64,000 nt of DNA, taken from contig CAVRDJ010000001.1 of the NCBI GenBank assembly GCA_963719875.1, positions 186-64,185 on the forward strand, read 5' to 3'. This document shows, piece by piece, positions 29,901-38,390 of this stretch (positions are counted from its first letter, which is position 1; the number at the start of each line of letters is the position of its first letter). The translations under genes were made by a program, and so were the position numbers. Under the pieces are notes generated by a model, which made no database searches, was not told where the DNA came from, and saw only the letters and a list, made by a program, of their open reading frames with translations. Source of the DNA: an uncultured Acidobacteriota bacterium (GTDB taxonomy: Bacteria > Acidobacteriota > Terriglobia > Acidiferrales > UBA7541).

Positions 29901-30481
29901 GGCTCGTGCCCAGCCCGTTTCACGGTGTGGGCGGTAAATTGACGCACGGCTGGCAGGTGGGCGGGATTTTCACCGGTCGGACTGGACTGCCGTTCACTCC
30001 TCTAATCGGTGGCGATCCTCTTGGCCAAGGCAACGCGGGACCGTTTGATTATCCGAATCGGTTGGGGGGCCCAGGTTGCGCTTCCTTGGTCAATCCCGGC
30101 AACAGGGAAAACTATATCAAGACACAGTGTTTCGCGTTGCCGCAGAGCACGCCCGCGATCGCCTCCCAATGCAATCTATTTGGGAACATACCGGGCACCT
30201 GCGCGAATCTGCTGGGTAATGCGGGCCGGAATGTTATCAATGGTCCCGGACAGGCGGATTTTGATTTTTCCCTGGTTAAACAAATAAAGATCAACGATCG
30301 CTTTGGCTTGGAGTTTCGCTCGGAGTTTTTCAATGTAATCAATCACCCGAACTTTAACGCCCCCATCGCCAACAGCGCAATTTTCAATGCGGACGGAACC
30401 ATTCCGGCAAGCCCAGGACAAATTCTCTCCACCTCCACCACGGCGAGAGAGATTCAGTTTGGGTTGAAATTGGCCTTTTGA
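26990..30481 (+). CDS. TonB-dependent receptor with carboxypeptidase-regulatory-like domain
   Basis: 1163 aa with an AAGGAGG RBS. CarboxypepD_reg (ATLAGTVTDPSGAVIPNAELSIQN...ATYEVMVTAAGF), plug (VVDLPLNGRDWTQL) and barrel ending FGLKLAF. Confidence 0.9.
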   Translation: MKNGDLCPYIDITRHDQNDEKVYCPQGACRPVKVCDASLSKASVLLFLLLVLAIVAPTTALHAQVSGATLAGTVTDPSGAVIPNAELSIQNVSTGVTRKLTTDSAGFYSAPNLMPATYEVMVTAAGFETTIRKGITLTVGAQQVMNISMKIGGSTQQVEVTTGVLGVELASSEISGVVTQKTVVDLPLNGRDWTQLATLQAGVDSLGSVQTDAGTKDRARRGYGVELSISGSRPSQQNYRIDGISVNDYANTSPGSVEGATLGVDAVQEFSVLTNNYAAEYGRTSGGVVNAVTKSGANDFHGNVFEFLRNSALDAANFIDNANGNPKPNFVKNQFGGSIGGPIKKDRTFFYADYESLRQSEGITTQTFVPSAAIRGIGTGPGGGPGPSTVCSIPQPTCTTMTLGQFVANNGERILHPDPVTGIDSSVVPYLGLWQLPNAGLVGNGDQGIYAFTAGVLTIENFGNIRIDHKFSEKDSVTGTYQNDQAIATQPDANNDVLANNLTNRQLISIEETHIFSPQLINTARFGLNRSVHTGGGISAINPLAANLALGESAGSDNPQIDILAGGYNSIQPGVNQVEVVNFFQNSWQGYDDLFLSKGIHSLKFGFAVENIITLTANPAPAGDVQFASLYEDTQHGGLLLNSPLSLNGPVNTVFPQLDFHTTIFGGYVQDDVRLRPTLTLNLGLRYETSTVPNEVNGRLSALSSPFNQTVPFIGHTVFQNPTRRNFEPRVGFAWDPFGNGKTSVRSGFGLFDVLPLAYEFGQFATNAAPFIQNGFISTTSATNPLVQGDFPTIAFNKLAANVAQGLSERFPYVENKPKRSYVLQWNLSIQRELLPDLTATIAYVGSRGIHQLFRADDINVPLPTLTSAGYLFPASGAPKLSPNVGQIDTLQWGNDSFYHGLELQVTKKLSQGFQVGGSYTWSRAIDGGDGSIASDSFVNSIPNLLFFAPSTRRGPSDFNITQNVTINFLWLVPSPFHGVGGKLTHGWQVGGIFTGRTGLPFTPLIGGDPLGQGNAGPFDYPNRLGGPGCASLVNPGNRENYIKTQCFALPQSTPAIASQCNLFGNIPGTCANLLGNAGRNVINGPGQADFDFSLVKQIKINDRFGLEFRSEFFNVINHPNFNAPIANSAIFNADGTIPASPGQILSTSTTAREIQFGLKLAF

Positions 30482-30646
30482 GAAACGAGTCGATCAACGC
30501 ACGAGTCCGTGTGCTAGTTGATTAAGATCTGGAGCGATTGCGCGAAGCAGGCATGGCGTGGTCACGGCGGCTAAATAGGCTTCTCCAGGGATTGATTTGT
30601 CGGGAAGAGTACTTGACGACCGTTAAAAATGCCGTAGGGAGAGGAC

Positions 30647-32734
30647 ATGACGAGAAAAAATCGGACCCAGGTTGTGGTCCTCTGCACTGCAATCGCTCTC
30701 ACGCTCGCTGGAGCCGCGGGGTGGTCCCCTGCGTCTCCGGCGAACGCACGTAGTTCTCAAACTGCGTTGGGTCAGTCAGCGCCGGAAATACCCACGGACG
30801 ATCTACAGCGATCGATTAGAATCGACAGTTACACGGAGGTGGCTGACAGCGGGCCACGAAGAGGAGAAAATCTATACTTTTTTAAGTGCTGGATGTGCCA
30901 CAACCAGTATGCGCAGGCAGGGCCTTACTTGAAGGATGTTTACAGTCGCGCGACTCTAATGTCCGGCAAGCCTGTCAGCGATGAAACAGTAAGGGAGCAG
31001 ATCAAGAACGGCGGGCCTTGGATGCCGGCTTTTGGAACGACCTTATCCGATCCCGACATAGCGGATCTGCTAGCTTACATTAAAGAAGGTAAATGCTGCA
31101 TCGAAGGAGAGGAGCTTCCGCCGAATCCCTGGTATCGGGCCGTCGCACACAGGTGGCCGGTCCAGACCGCCGTTGCGGGTGGCGCGAAGGGAATCATACG
31201 CATTTCAAGCGGAGATTCGCCAGAAGGGATCGGTGTGCAGTTGATCGCCCCGAATGGCGTCAGAACTACTGTCTACACCGACGTCGAGGGAAAATACGAA
31301 TTCCCCGAGATGCAGGCAGGTACGTACACTTTGCGGATTCCAACGCCACTGACCTTTAAGCCTTATCGTCGAGATTCGGTCCGAATTGACGGCGCGACGA
31401 AACTCAACGAGATTGTCCTGGATCGAGTTTCCAAAACGGACAGCCTGCCCGCAACCGCTCAGATCAGATCTCAGCTAAGCGGTGCGGAGCTGTTGTGGAA
31501 CCTGCCCGGCACAGGGGAGGAAAAGGCAACTTTCCAAAAAGTATGTTCGCCCTGCCATGAATGGCAACAGATTTTGCGGAACCATTACGATGAGCGTAGC
31601 TGGACGGCAATCGTAGACCGGATGACTCATTACTACAGCGCTCCTCTCGTCGTTCGAATTAAAGGGGCGGCAGTCCTGGGATCGAATGATCAAGACGACG
31701 ACGTCATTGTGAAATGGCTGTCGAGAGTCCGGGGCCCTCAGTCGCAAGACGCACCGTTACGCGCGTTTCCTCGTCCAAGCGGAACCTCCAGTCGGGCTGT
31801 CGTCACCGAATATGAAATGCCTCAATCACTCCTTACACCTCATGATGTCGCAGGCGACTCGAAGGGCAACATCTGGTTTACCAGCCATAAGTCACGATTC
31901 ATCGGCAAGCTCGATCCTCTGACGGGCATCGTGACCGAATACACGGTTCCTCTGACGCCCGGCGCGATGCCTGGGACTCACCGCATCACGGTGGACAAGA
32001 GCGATATTGTTTGGTTTTCAGAACCCTGGGCACACGTTTTAGATAGGCTTGATCCGCGAACGGGGAAAATCACGCGCTTGCCCATAGAAGTTCCCGAGCC
32101 TCTTAATGTTGCGGGATTTAGCAATTTCGCCTTGGCGCCGGACGGTTTCATCTGGGATAACCAGGACAATCAGGTCCGAAAGATTGATTCCGAAACAGGC
32201 AAAATCTTGCGGGAATACCCAAACCAAGTCAAATTCAGTTACGACAACCTGATTTCCGCGGATGGGAAGTATTGGGCGGGGGGCGGGCCCCCTGGATACG
32301 GGAATACAGTGGAGCGCTTAGATCTTCAGACAGGCAAATTGACAGGACTGAACACGGGCAACCATATGGCAACCGCAAAGAGAGGTGGATTTGACCCCTC
32401 GGACAATGCGTGGTTCGGTGGCGGTGACGGCGCGCTCATCGAGCTGAATGGAAATACGGGCCGTATTGTTGAGCATTGGCCTCCGACTCCACCTAGCCCG
32501 CTTACCGATTTCTATGAGGCTATGCCGGACAAGAATGGAGACGTGTGGGCTGCGGTATTACACGGACGCCAGTTTGTGAGGTTTAGTCCCCGAACGTCTC
32601 GGTGGACCGTCTACCAGCTACCGGAGCCGTTTGCGTATGACCGAAGAACTTGGATCGATAATTCCACGGTTCCAGTAACAGTCTGGTACGTAGACTATGA
32701 TGGATATTTGGTCCGCCTCCAACCTTTGGAATAG
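30647..32734 (+). CDS. secreted cytochrome c (two CxxCH motifs) / CarboxypepD_reg-like / Vgb-like beta-propeller fusion protein
   Basis: 695 aa with a signal peptide. Heme motifs CWMCH (with GGPWMPAFG downstream) and CSPCH. A middle Ig-like segment (GVQLIAPNGVRTTVYTDVEGKYEFPEMQAGTYTLRI). Six to seven repeats of the type GNIWFTSHKSRFIGKLDPLTGIVTEY. Confidence 0.8.
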   Translation: MTRKNRTQVVVLCTAIALTLAGAAGWSPASPANARSSQTALGQSAPEIPTDDLQRSIRIDSYTEVADSGPRRGENLYFFKCWMCHNQYAQAGPYLKDVYSRATLMSGKPVSDETVREQIKNGGPWMPAFGTTLSDPDIADLLAYIKEGKCCIEGEELPPNPWYRAVAHRWPVQTAVAGGAKGIIRISSGDSPEGIGVQLIAPNGVRTTVYTDVEGKYEFPEMQAGTYTLRIPTPLTFKPYRRDSVRIDGATKLNEIVLDRVSKTDSLPATAQIRSQLSGAELLWNLPGTGEEKATFQKVCSPCHEWQQILRNHYDERSWTAIVDRMTHYYSAPLVVRIKGAAVLGSNDQDDDVIVKWLSRVRGPQSQDAPLRAFPRPSGTSSRAVVTEYEMPQSLLTPHDVAGDSKGNIWFTSHKSRFIGKLDPLTGIVTEYTVPLTPGAMPGTHRITVDKSDIVWFSEPWAHVLDRLDPRTGKITRLPIEVPEPLNVAGFSNFALAPDGFIWDNQDNQVRKIDSETGKILREYPNQVKFSYDNLISADGKYWAGGGPPGYGNTVERLDLQTGKLTGLNTGNHMATAKRGGFDPSDNAWFGGGDGALIELNGNTGRIVEHWPPTPPSPLTDFYEAMPDKNGDVWAAVLHGRQFVRFSPRTSRWTVYQLPEPFAYDRRTWIDNSTVPVTVWYVDYDGYLVRLQPLE

Positions 32735-32857
32735 TTGGCAAAATGATGATCTCCCGCAATGAGAATGGCAAGCCCTTCTCTGAGGAGAGAGTTGTTGGAT
32801 GTTTTGGATGGCGTGTGCCGCGAGCTAGGGAAATGCTTTGGTTAAACGGGGGCTATT

Positions 32858-34966
32858 GTGCAGAGACGAAGGCATAGTTTTTCGCAGTCCGCAATTCTAT
32901 TTTCTCTGACCATCGTATTCGCTCTGATTGCAGTGGGGGCGGTAAACAGTAGGTCGGCTCGCGGGAACGCGACGCCGCCAGACTCTCAGTCCTCTTCACC
33001 AATATCCACCCCGGGCGACGATCTAAAGCGCTCCTATAGGACCGACCACTACCTCGAAGTCGCGGAAAGCGGGGCGGACCGCGGGGAAAATATTTATTGG
33101 CATAAGTGCTGGGCCTGCCACAACCAATATCAACAGGCAGCGCCTCAGCTGGAAGGCCTTTTCAAGCGCGCCGCTCTGATCACCGGAGTTCCCGTCAACG
33201 AGGAAAATGTAGCCGCGCATATCAAAAAGGGCGGGCCGGGAATGCCCTCGTTTGGCACGACCCTCGCCAACGCCGATGTAGCCGATGTGGTTAACTATCT
33301 GCACAGTGACAAATGTTGCGTTGAGGGAGAATCGCTTCCGGCCAATCCGTGGTACCGATCGCAAACGAATAAATGGACCGTGCAGAGCGGCCTCTCCGGC
33401 GGAGCCACAGGGGTAGTGCGCGTGACCAGCGGTGATTCGCCCGAGGGCGTGATGGTGCAACTCATCGCGCCAAACGGTGTGCGCACCACCGTCTACACCA
33501 ATGAAGACGGAAAATATGAATTCCCAAAAATGCGGTCCGGTGCTTACACGCTGCGGATCGCGAATCCGCTGGAATTCAAACCCTACCGGCGGGATGCCGT
33601 GCAAATCGACGGCTCCGTCAAATTAGAAGACATTGTGCTGGAGCGAATTACCAAGACACGCGCGCTGCCAGCCACGCCGGAAGTGGAATCGCAGCTGAGC
33701 GGCGAGGAAATTCTGTGGAATCTTCCGGGCACAGTGGAGGAAAAAGAGGCGCTGCACGCCACTTGCGCCCTGGGCTGCCATTCCTTCCAGCAGATTTTCA
33801 AGAATCGCTATGACGAGCGCAGCTGGGGCGTGCTGGTGGCACGCATGTTGCATCGCGGAGGCGGTCCGCTGATCAACGATCCGCTGGAGCCGGTGATTGA
33901 GTCGCAGCAGGCCACCGACAGAATGCTCACCAAGTGGCTGGCGCGAGTGCGCGGGCCGGAATCGGTGGATGAGCCGATGTACGCGTTTCCTCGGCTGACT
34001 GGAGAATCCAATCGCGTGGTGGTCACCGAATTCGAGTTGCCGCGGGCGCTGCAAAGCGCGCACGATGTTTACGGAGACGGTAATGGAACTATTTGGTACA
34101 CAAGCCACCTGAGCCGCTTCTTCGGAAAGCTCGATACACGCACGGGCATCGTGACCGAATACCAGACTCCTCTGACCCCAGGCGCGCAGCCGGGCACGCA
34201 TCACGTCTACGTGGAGAAGAATGGCGAAGTGCTCATTTCCGAGCCGTGGTCGCATAAGTTGCTGAAGCTCGATCCGCGAAACGGCGAAATGGCCGAAGTG
34301 CCCGTGGCGGCGCCCTTCCCGATCAACTCGGCGGGCATGGCCGATTTCGATTTGACGCCGGACGGATATGTGTGGGCCAGCATGGGCGGAGGATACGCCG
34401 CCGAAAAGATCGATCCAAAAACAGGGAAGACGGTGCAGAAATTTCCGATGAAGGTTCCCTTCAGCTATGACGGCATCATTTCCCAGGACGGAAATTTCTG
34501 GGCTGGTGGCGCGATTTCCGGGACAACGGGAAACTCCGCCGAGCTGCTGGACATTCGAACGGGTCAAATGCTCAATTTGAATTCCGGAGACCGGCGGTCG
34601 GCCGGGCGCAGGGGCGGATTCGATCCGTTCGGGAATGCCTGGTTCGGCGGCGAGAACGGAACTTTGGTGGAACTGGACGCCGCCGCCAAGCGTATCCGGG
34701 AATTTTATCCTCCCGGGCCAGTCGATCCCTACACAGATCTGTATTCCGTGGAACCGGATAAGAACGGCGAAGTGTGGGGCGGCGAATTGCACGGGCGAGA
34801 ATTTCTGCGATTCAACCCGAAAACGGGCCATTGGACCGAGTACGCCATGCCGGAGCCGTATTCACATTCGCGTGCGGTTTGGGTGGACAAGTCCACGACG
34901 CCGACCACCGTTTGGTACGCTGATTACAGCACCGGGCGCATCGTTCGCATTCAGCCATTAGAGTAG
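32858..34966 (+). CDS. paralogous cytochrome c (two CxxCH motifs) / CarboxypepD_reg-like / beta-propeller fusion protein
   Basis: 702 aa from a GTG start with the same architecture (CWACH, GGPGMPSFG, CALGCH, propeller repeats). It is collinear with 30647-32734 over the full length. Confidence 0.8.
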   Translation: MQRRRHSFSQSAILFSLTIVFALIAVGAVNSRSARGNATPPDSQSSSPISTPGDDLKRSYRTDHYLEVAESGADRGENIYWHKCWACHNQYQQAAPQLEGLFKRAALITGVPVNEENVAAHIKKGGPGMPSFGTTLANADVADVVNYLHSDKCCVEGESLPANPWYRSQTNKWTVQSGLSGGATGVVRVTSGDSPEGVMVQLIAPNGVRTTVYTNEDGKYEFPKMRSGAYTLRIANPLEFKPYRRDAVQIDGSVKLEDIVLERITKTRALPATPEVESQLSGEEILWNLPGTVEEKEALHATCALGCHSFQQIFKNRYDERSWGVLVARMLHRGGGPLINDPLEPVIESQQATDRMLTKWLARVRGPESVDEPMYAFPRLTGESNRVVVTEFELPRALQSAHDVYGDGNGTIWYTSHLSRFFGKLDTRTGIVTEYQTPLTPGAQPGTHHVYVEKNGEVLISEPWSHKLLKLDPRNGEMAEVPVAAPFPINSAGMADFDLTPDGYVWASMGGGYAAEKIDPKTGKTVQKFPMKVPFSYDGIISQDGNFWAGGAISGTTGNSAELLDIRTGQMLNLNSGDRRSAGRRGGFDPFGNAWFGGENGTLVELDAAAKRIREFYPPGPVDPYTDLYSVEPDKNGEVWGGELHGREFLRFNPKTGHWTEYAMPEPYSHSRAVWVDKSTTPTTVWYADYSTGRIVRIQPLE

Positions 34967-34974
34967 GTCATCGT

Positions 34975-35700
34975 CGCCTGGGCCATGCTCGAGCCTTGCC
35001 GTCGTGTAGTTCTGAGCGAACTGGTGCACGGGCGAAGAGACGAACAATCCTGTATCGCCGTTCACGGAATTGGGCAAATTGGGCAGCGGGAAAAACGCAA
35101 GATACGCCAAGACCGATGTACCTCAGTGTGTCGTTAGGTCCGGATTCGGAGCTGCAATAGGACCGCTGACCGGAAATGGGGACCCGTTCACTATGGCGAC
35201 GGGACGGCCGGGTGTACACTGTTCAGCTCCTGAACCTGACGGATGGTTTCGAAATCCCCAAAAACAAACGTCTTGTCCTTTTGAATCGGGCCTCCAGCGT
35301 ACCCGTCGAATTGATTGCGATAGAACGGTGATTTCTGCGGAGCAAAGACGCTGGTGGCATCTAAACCCTCGTCGCGGAGAAACCAGTACGCCGTCCCGTG
35401 AGAATCATTGGTGCCCGGTCTGATGAAGGTATTGATCGCTCCGGTCGATGTCCTTCGGAATTCTGCCGTATAGTTGGCGGTCAGCACTGAAACTTCTTGA
35501 ATCGCGTCCACGCCGAGTTGATCTCCCTGCACGCTACCGAGTGATCCGTTTGAATAGTCTATTACGCTGATTCTGTTGACGCGATAATTGTTCTCCGTGG
35601 GACGGTGGCCGGTAATTGAAAATTGATTTCTGAAGCCGCGATTGCCGCGATTGACTGTGCCGGCGGTCCTGATCTGAGTACAGATACCGATCGTCCCGGG
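34975..35700 (-). pseudogene. internal fragment of a TonB-dependent receptor (plug and early barrel), frameshifted
   Basis: Translation ...RGNRGFRNQFSITGHRPTENNYRVNRISVIDYSNGSLGSVQGDQLGVDAIQEVSVLTANYTAEFRRTSTGAINTFIRPGTNDSHG...NQFDGYAGGPIQKDKTFVFGDFETIRQ is collinear with residues about 210-360 of 26990-30481. A further piece (VLAYLAFFPLPNLPNSVNGDTGLFV) lies in another frame. There is no N-terminal domain and no barrel end. Confidence 0.65.
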
Positions 35701-35808
35701 CTAGCGCAGAATGTGAGTTCCGGTAATTTTGAATCGCGCTGGAATCGCAGAAGCTGTGTCCACGCTGCCACTGGGGGAGAGCCTCGCTACCGTTAAGACA
35801 TCTGTCAT
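35701..35808 (-). pseudogene. 5-prime remnant of a DUF417 gene (35 codons, premature TAG)
   Basis: MTDVLTVARLSPSGSVDTASAIPARFKITGTHILR-stop aligns with MEELITATRPFPSSSAEKGLTIATRLEITGTLILRY of 19579-20064. Confidence 0.55.
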
Positions 35809-35990
35809 GGGGGTGTTTCTTTCTTGTTTGCAAAGTCCATGTGTTTCGAGCACCCATCAAGACGACCATCGGTGCTTTTCTAAGATGAACAGGGATGCGA
35901 AGGGTTTCACCACCGCTGAAACATTTCTTGCAATCGAAATCGGATTGAAACCTTTTCATGCGTCGGCTATCGAAGAGGCAGGAGGAAATT

Positions 35991-36467
35991 ATGAAAACTA
36001 GAAAGACCATCAGCATCCTTGGTTTGTTGCTTGCACTCGCATTCATCCTGCCTATTGCTGCACGAGCAGATGAATACAATCAGGCCACTCAGCTCACCTT
36101 CAGCCAACCCGTCCAGATTCCTGGACATGTCCTGCCAGCGGGAACCTACTGGTTCGTGCTGGCCGATTCGTCGATTGGTGACCGGAACATCATTCAAATC
36201 TTCAACTCCGATCGATCAATGCTGTACGCGACCGTCGGTACCATAAGTGCCGAACGCGCCCAGCTATCCGACCACACGGCGTTCACTTTTGCGGAGCGAG
36301 AATCGACGCAGCCTAGTGCCATCGTGACCTGGTTCTATCCGGGGCGTAAGACCGGCCATGAATTCATATACTCCAGGCAGGACGAGAGGGAGCTTGCCTC
36401 GGCCAAACACGAGACTGTCGTGGCCCGAGCGCCTGCCACGCACCAAACAGCAGTGGCTGCGGACTAA
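35991..36467 (+). CDS. hypothetical secreted protein (paralog of 20247-20723)
   Basis: Same RBS, signal peptide and length as the copy A gene. About 21 substitutions in 158 aa. Confidence 0.7.
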   Translation: MKTRKTISILGLLLALAFILPIAARADEYNQATQLTFSQPVQIPGHVLPAGTYWFVLADSSIGDRNIIQIFNSDRSMLYATVGTISAERAQLSDHTAFTFAERESTQPSAIVTWFYPGRKTGHEFIYSRQDERELASAKHETVVARAPATHQTAVAAD

Positions 36468-36503
36468 TTCATATCCACCTAATTCCAATCCAATCGTCAA
36501 ATC

Positions 36504-36543
36504 GCTGGCGGTGGCGAAGTGCCACCGCCAGCATCCGCTTTTG
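36504..36543 (+). terminator. rho-independent terminator
   Basis: Perfect 11-bp stem CTGGCGGTGGC-gaagt-GCCACCGCCAG, followed by catccgctttt. Confidence 0.65.
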
Positions 36544-36629
36544 GGGACACACCGCTATTTTCTCTGGAACATCGTTCTGAGTTATTCATCCGATTTGAAA
36601 CTTTTTCTCGAGCCGGCTATCCAAAGAGC

Positions 36630-37217
36630 ATGAGACATCTCGCCAGAGCCCTTCCACCACCGGTCGCGGTCGTGATGGTCGTCGCCTGTGCGATGGCACT
36701 CGCGGCCGCGGCGCAAGGTAGGGCAAGGCAGAATCATCTGCCCGCTGGCCAGTCGGCTTATCTCGACAGCGCTCAGAAAGAGAGAGTTGATTGGTATCCT
36801 TGGGACAAGGAAGCATTTCGGAAGGCGCGAGAGCGAAATCAGCCCATAATGGTAGACCTTGGTGCAACTTGGTGTCCTTGGTGCAAGCTGATGGAACGAG
36901 ATAGCTACAACGATCCAGAAACCGCTGCCTTCATCGACAGCCACTTTGTCGCGGTTAAAGTTGACTTTGACGCAGATCCAAAACTATCTGCAGAGTTTGA
37001 ACGCGCGCAGGCCTTTGCCAACCTCCCCGCGGGCCTTCCACTGACCGCATTTGTTACACCGGACGGAAGGCTCTACTTCGGCGGAGGCTATTTCCCCAAG
37101 GCAGCAACCGCAGAAAAACCTGCGTTCCGGCAAACACTGGAAGAGGCAAGTCGCATGTTTCGCGATCGGCGAGCAACAATCGAACGCGAAGGCTTCCAAA
37201 TGAAAATCGGAGAATGA
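36630..37217 (+). CDS. secreted thioredoxin-like protein (DUF255 / YyaL N-terminal-like), WCPWC motif
   Basis: ATG at 36630 and signal-like MRHLARALPPPVAVVMVVACAMALAAAAQG. Thioredoxin fold IMVDLGATWCPWCKLMERDSYNDPETAAFIDSHFVAVKVD. Confidence 0.75.
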   Translation: MRHLARALPPPVAVVMVVACAMALAAAAQGRARQNHLPAGQSAYLDSAQKERVDWYPWDKEAFRKARERNQPIMVDLGATWCPWCKLMERDSYNDPETAAFIDSHFVAVKVDFDADPKLSAEFERAQAFANLPAGLPLTAFVTPDGRLYFGGGYFPKAATAEKPAFRQTLEEASRMFRDRRATIEREGFQMKIGE

Positions 37218-37266
37218 ACAATGAAAACGAAGATCGGAATGTTGGCTGCAATTGGTATTCTGACAC

Positions 37267-38389
37267 TAGTGTTCTGTTACATAAATAAGTGACACACGAG
37301 CTTTGGTATGGTACAAGGGCTTATGTTCACTGCGAAAGAGCCGTTTCGATTGCTTGCCGAGGAGCAGACCCATTTGCAGCAACTGCTTCGATCCACGCGG
37401 GTTTCGGCGGGACTGGCCCGCCGCGCTCGGACCCTGTTGCTGTTGGCCGACGGTGTGTCGCTGCGTTATATCCAGACGCAGACCGGCATGAGTCCTCGCC
37501 GCACGTTGCACTGGAAGAAACGCTGGCGGGAAAAGGGACTCGACGGACTGCTGGATGCGCCGCGTGCCGGACGTCCCCGGAAGATGACCGGGGCCAAGGA
37601 GGCCGCCATCGTGGCGGCTACCCAAGCGTCTCCGCCGGGGCCGATCTCTCACTGGTCCACTCGCCGTCTGGCGCGGCGCTGGGGCGTAAGCCACGTCACG
37701 GTCATGCGGGTCTGGCACAAGGTCGGGCTGCAACCGCACCGCCTGAAGCACTACATGGCCAGTCCCGATCCTGATTTTGAGGCCAAGGCGAAAGACATTC
37801 TTGGTCTGTACCTGCATCCTCCGGAAAAAGCAGCGGTTTTCTGCATCGACGAGAAGACCGCCATTCAAGCGCTGGACCGCACGCAGCCCGCCTTGCCCCT
37901 GCGACCGGGACACCCGGAACGACACACCGTCGAGTATGTGCGCCACGGAACGGTCTCGCTGTTCGCGGCCTTGGAGGTGCACAGCGGGAAGGTCCTCGGC
38001 CGTTGCGCGCCCCGCCACACCAGCCAAGCCTTCGTTCAGTTTCTGGATGAAACGGTGGCCACGCATCGACGCAAAACGATCCATGTGATCCTCGACAACC
38101 TCGCGGTTCATAAAACCCCAGCGGTGAAAGCTTGGGCGGCGGCACACCCCAAGGTCCAATTCCACTTCACGCCCACCTACTCCTCCTGGCTGAATCAGGT
38201 GGAAATCTGGCTGGGCATGATCACCCGCGACTGCATCCGCCGCGGCATCTTTCACTCCGTCCCGGACCTGAGCCACCAAATCATGAACTACATCCGGCTC
38301 TACAACCGAACCGCCCAGCCCTTTCGCTGGACCTATTCCAACCCGAAGAAACGCATCCGTGTGTCACCTTCTTCGGTAACGCGACACTA
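37267..38389 (+). mobile_element. IS630-family insertion sequence with TA target duplication
   Basis: Imperfect terminal inverted repeats of about 32 bp: left TAGTGTTCTGTTACATAAATAAGTGACACACG, right (reverse complement) TAGTGTCGCGTTACCGAAGAAGGTGACACACG. TA is present at both ends. It carries a single DDE transposase ORF. Confidence 0.85.
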
Positions 38390-38390
38390 G
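37308..38390 (+). CDS. IS630-family DDE transposase
   Basis: 360 aa with N-terminal HTH/winged-helix regions and a DDE region (FCIDEKTAIQA ... HVILDNLAVHK ... SWLNQVEIW). The stop codon overlaps the right inverted repeat. Confidence 0.9.
   Translation: MVQGLMFTAKEPFRLLAEEQTHLQQLLRSTRVSAGLARRARTLLLLADGVSLRYIQTQTGMSPRRTLHWKKRWREKGLDGLLDAPRAGRPRKMTGAKEAAIVAATQASPPGPISHWSTRRLARRWGVSHVTVMRVWHKVGLQPHRLKHYMASPDPDFEAKAKDILGLYLHPPEKAAVFCIDEKTAIQALDRTQPALPLRPGHPERHTVEYVRHGTVSLFAALEVHSGKVLGRCAPRHTSQAFVQFLDETVATHRRKTIHVILDNLAVHKTPAVKAWAAAHPKVQFHFTPTYSSWLNQVEIWLGMITRDCIRRGIFHSVPDLSHQIMNYIRLYNRTAQPFRWTYSNPKKRIRVSPSSVTRH

Larger units (their letters stand above)
35704..36701 (+). repeat. segmental duplication, copy B (partner 19960-20953)
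   Basis: See the feature at 19960-20953. Confidence 0.8.

Noticed and set aside
32805-32819. Sigma-54-like sequence TGGATGGCGTGTGCC upstream of 32858
   Set aside because: The GG-to-GC spacing is 11 nt, not 12, and the -24 element is TGGA, not TGGC. Sigma-54 spacing is strict.
33623-34831. 402-aa minus-strand ORF
   Set aside because: It lies entirely antisense to the well-supported cytochrome c/propeller gene 32858-34966. Its composition is Arg/Ala/Gly/His-rich and low in complexity, and it has no recognisable motif. This is a typical shadow ORF in GC-rich DNA.
35534-36079. 181-aa minus-strand ORF that looks conserved with 19898-20302
   Set aside because: The conservation is explained by the DNA-level segmental duplication. 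Both ORFs run antisense through an intergenic region and the start of the secreted-protein genes. Neither has an RBS or a motif.
37266-38279. 337-aa minus-strand ORF
   Set aside because: It is antisense to the IS630 transposase gene and Arg/Gly-rich, with no domain signature.
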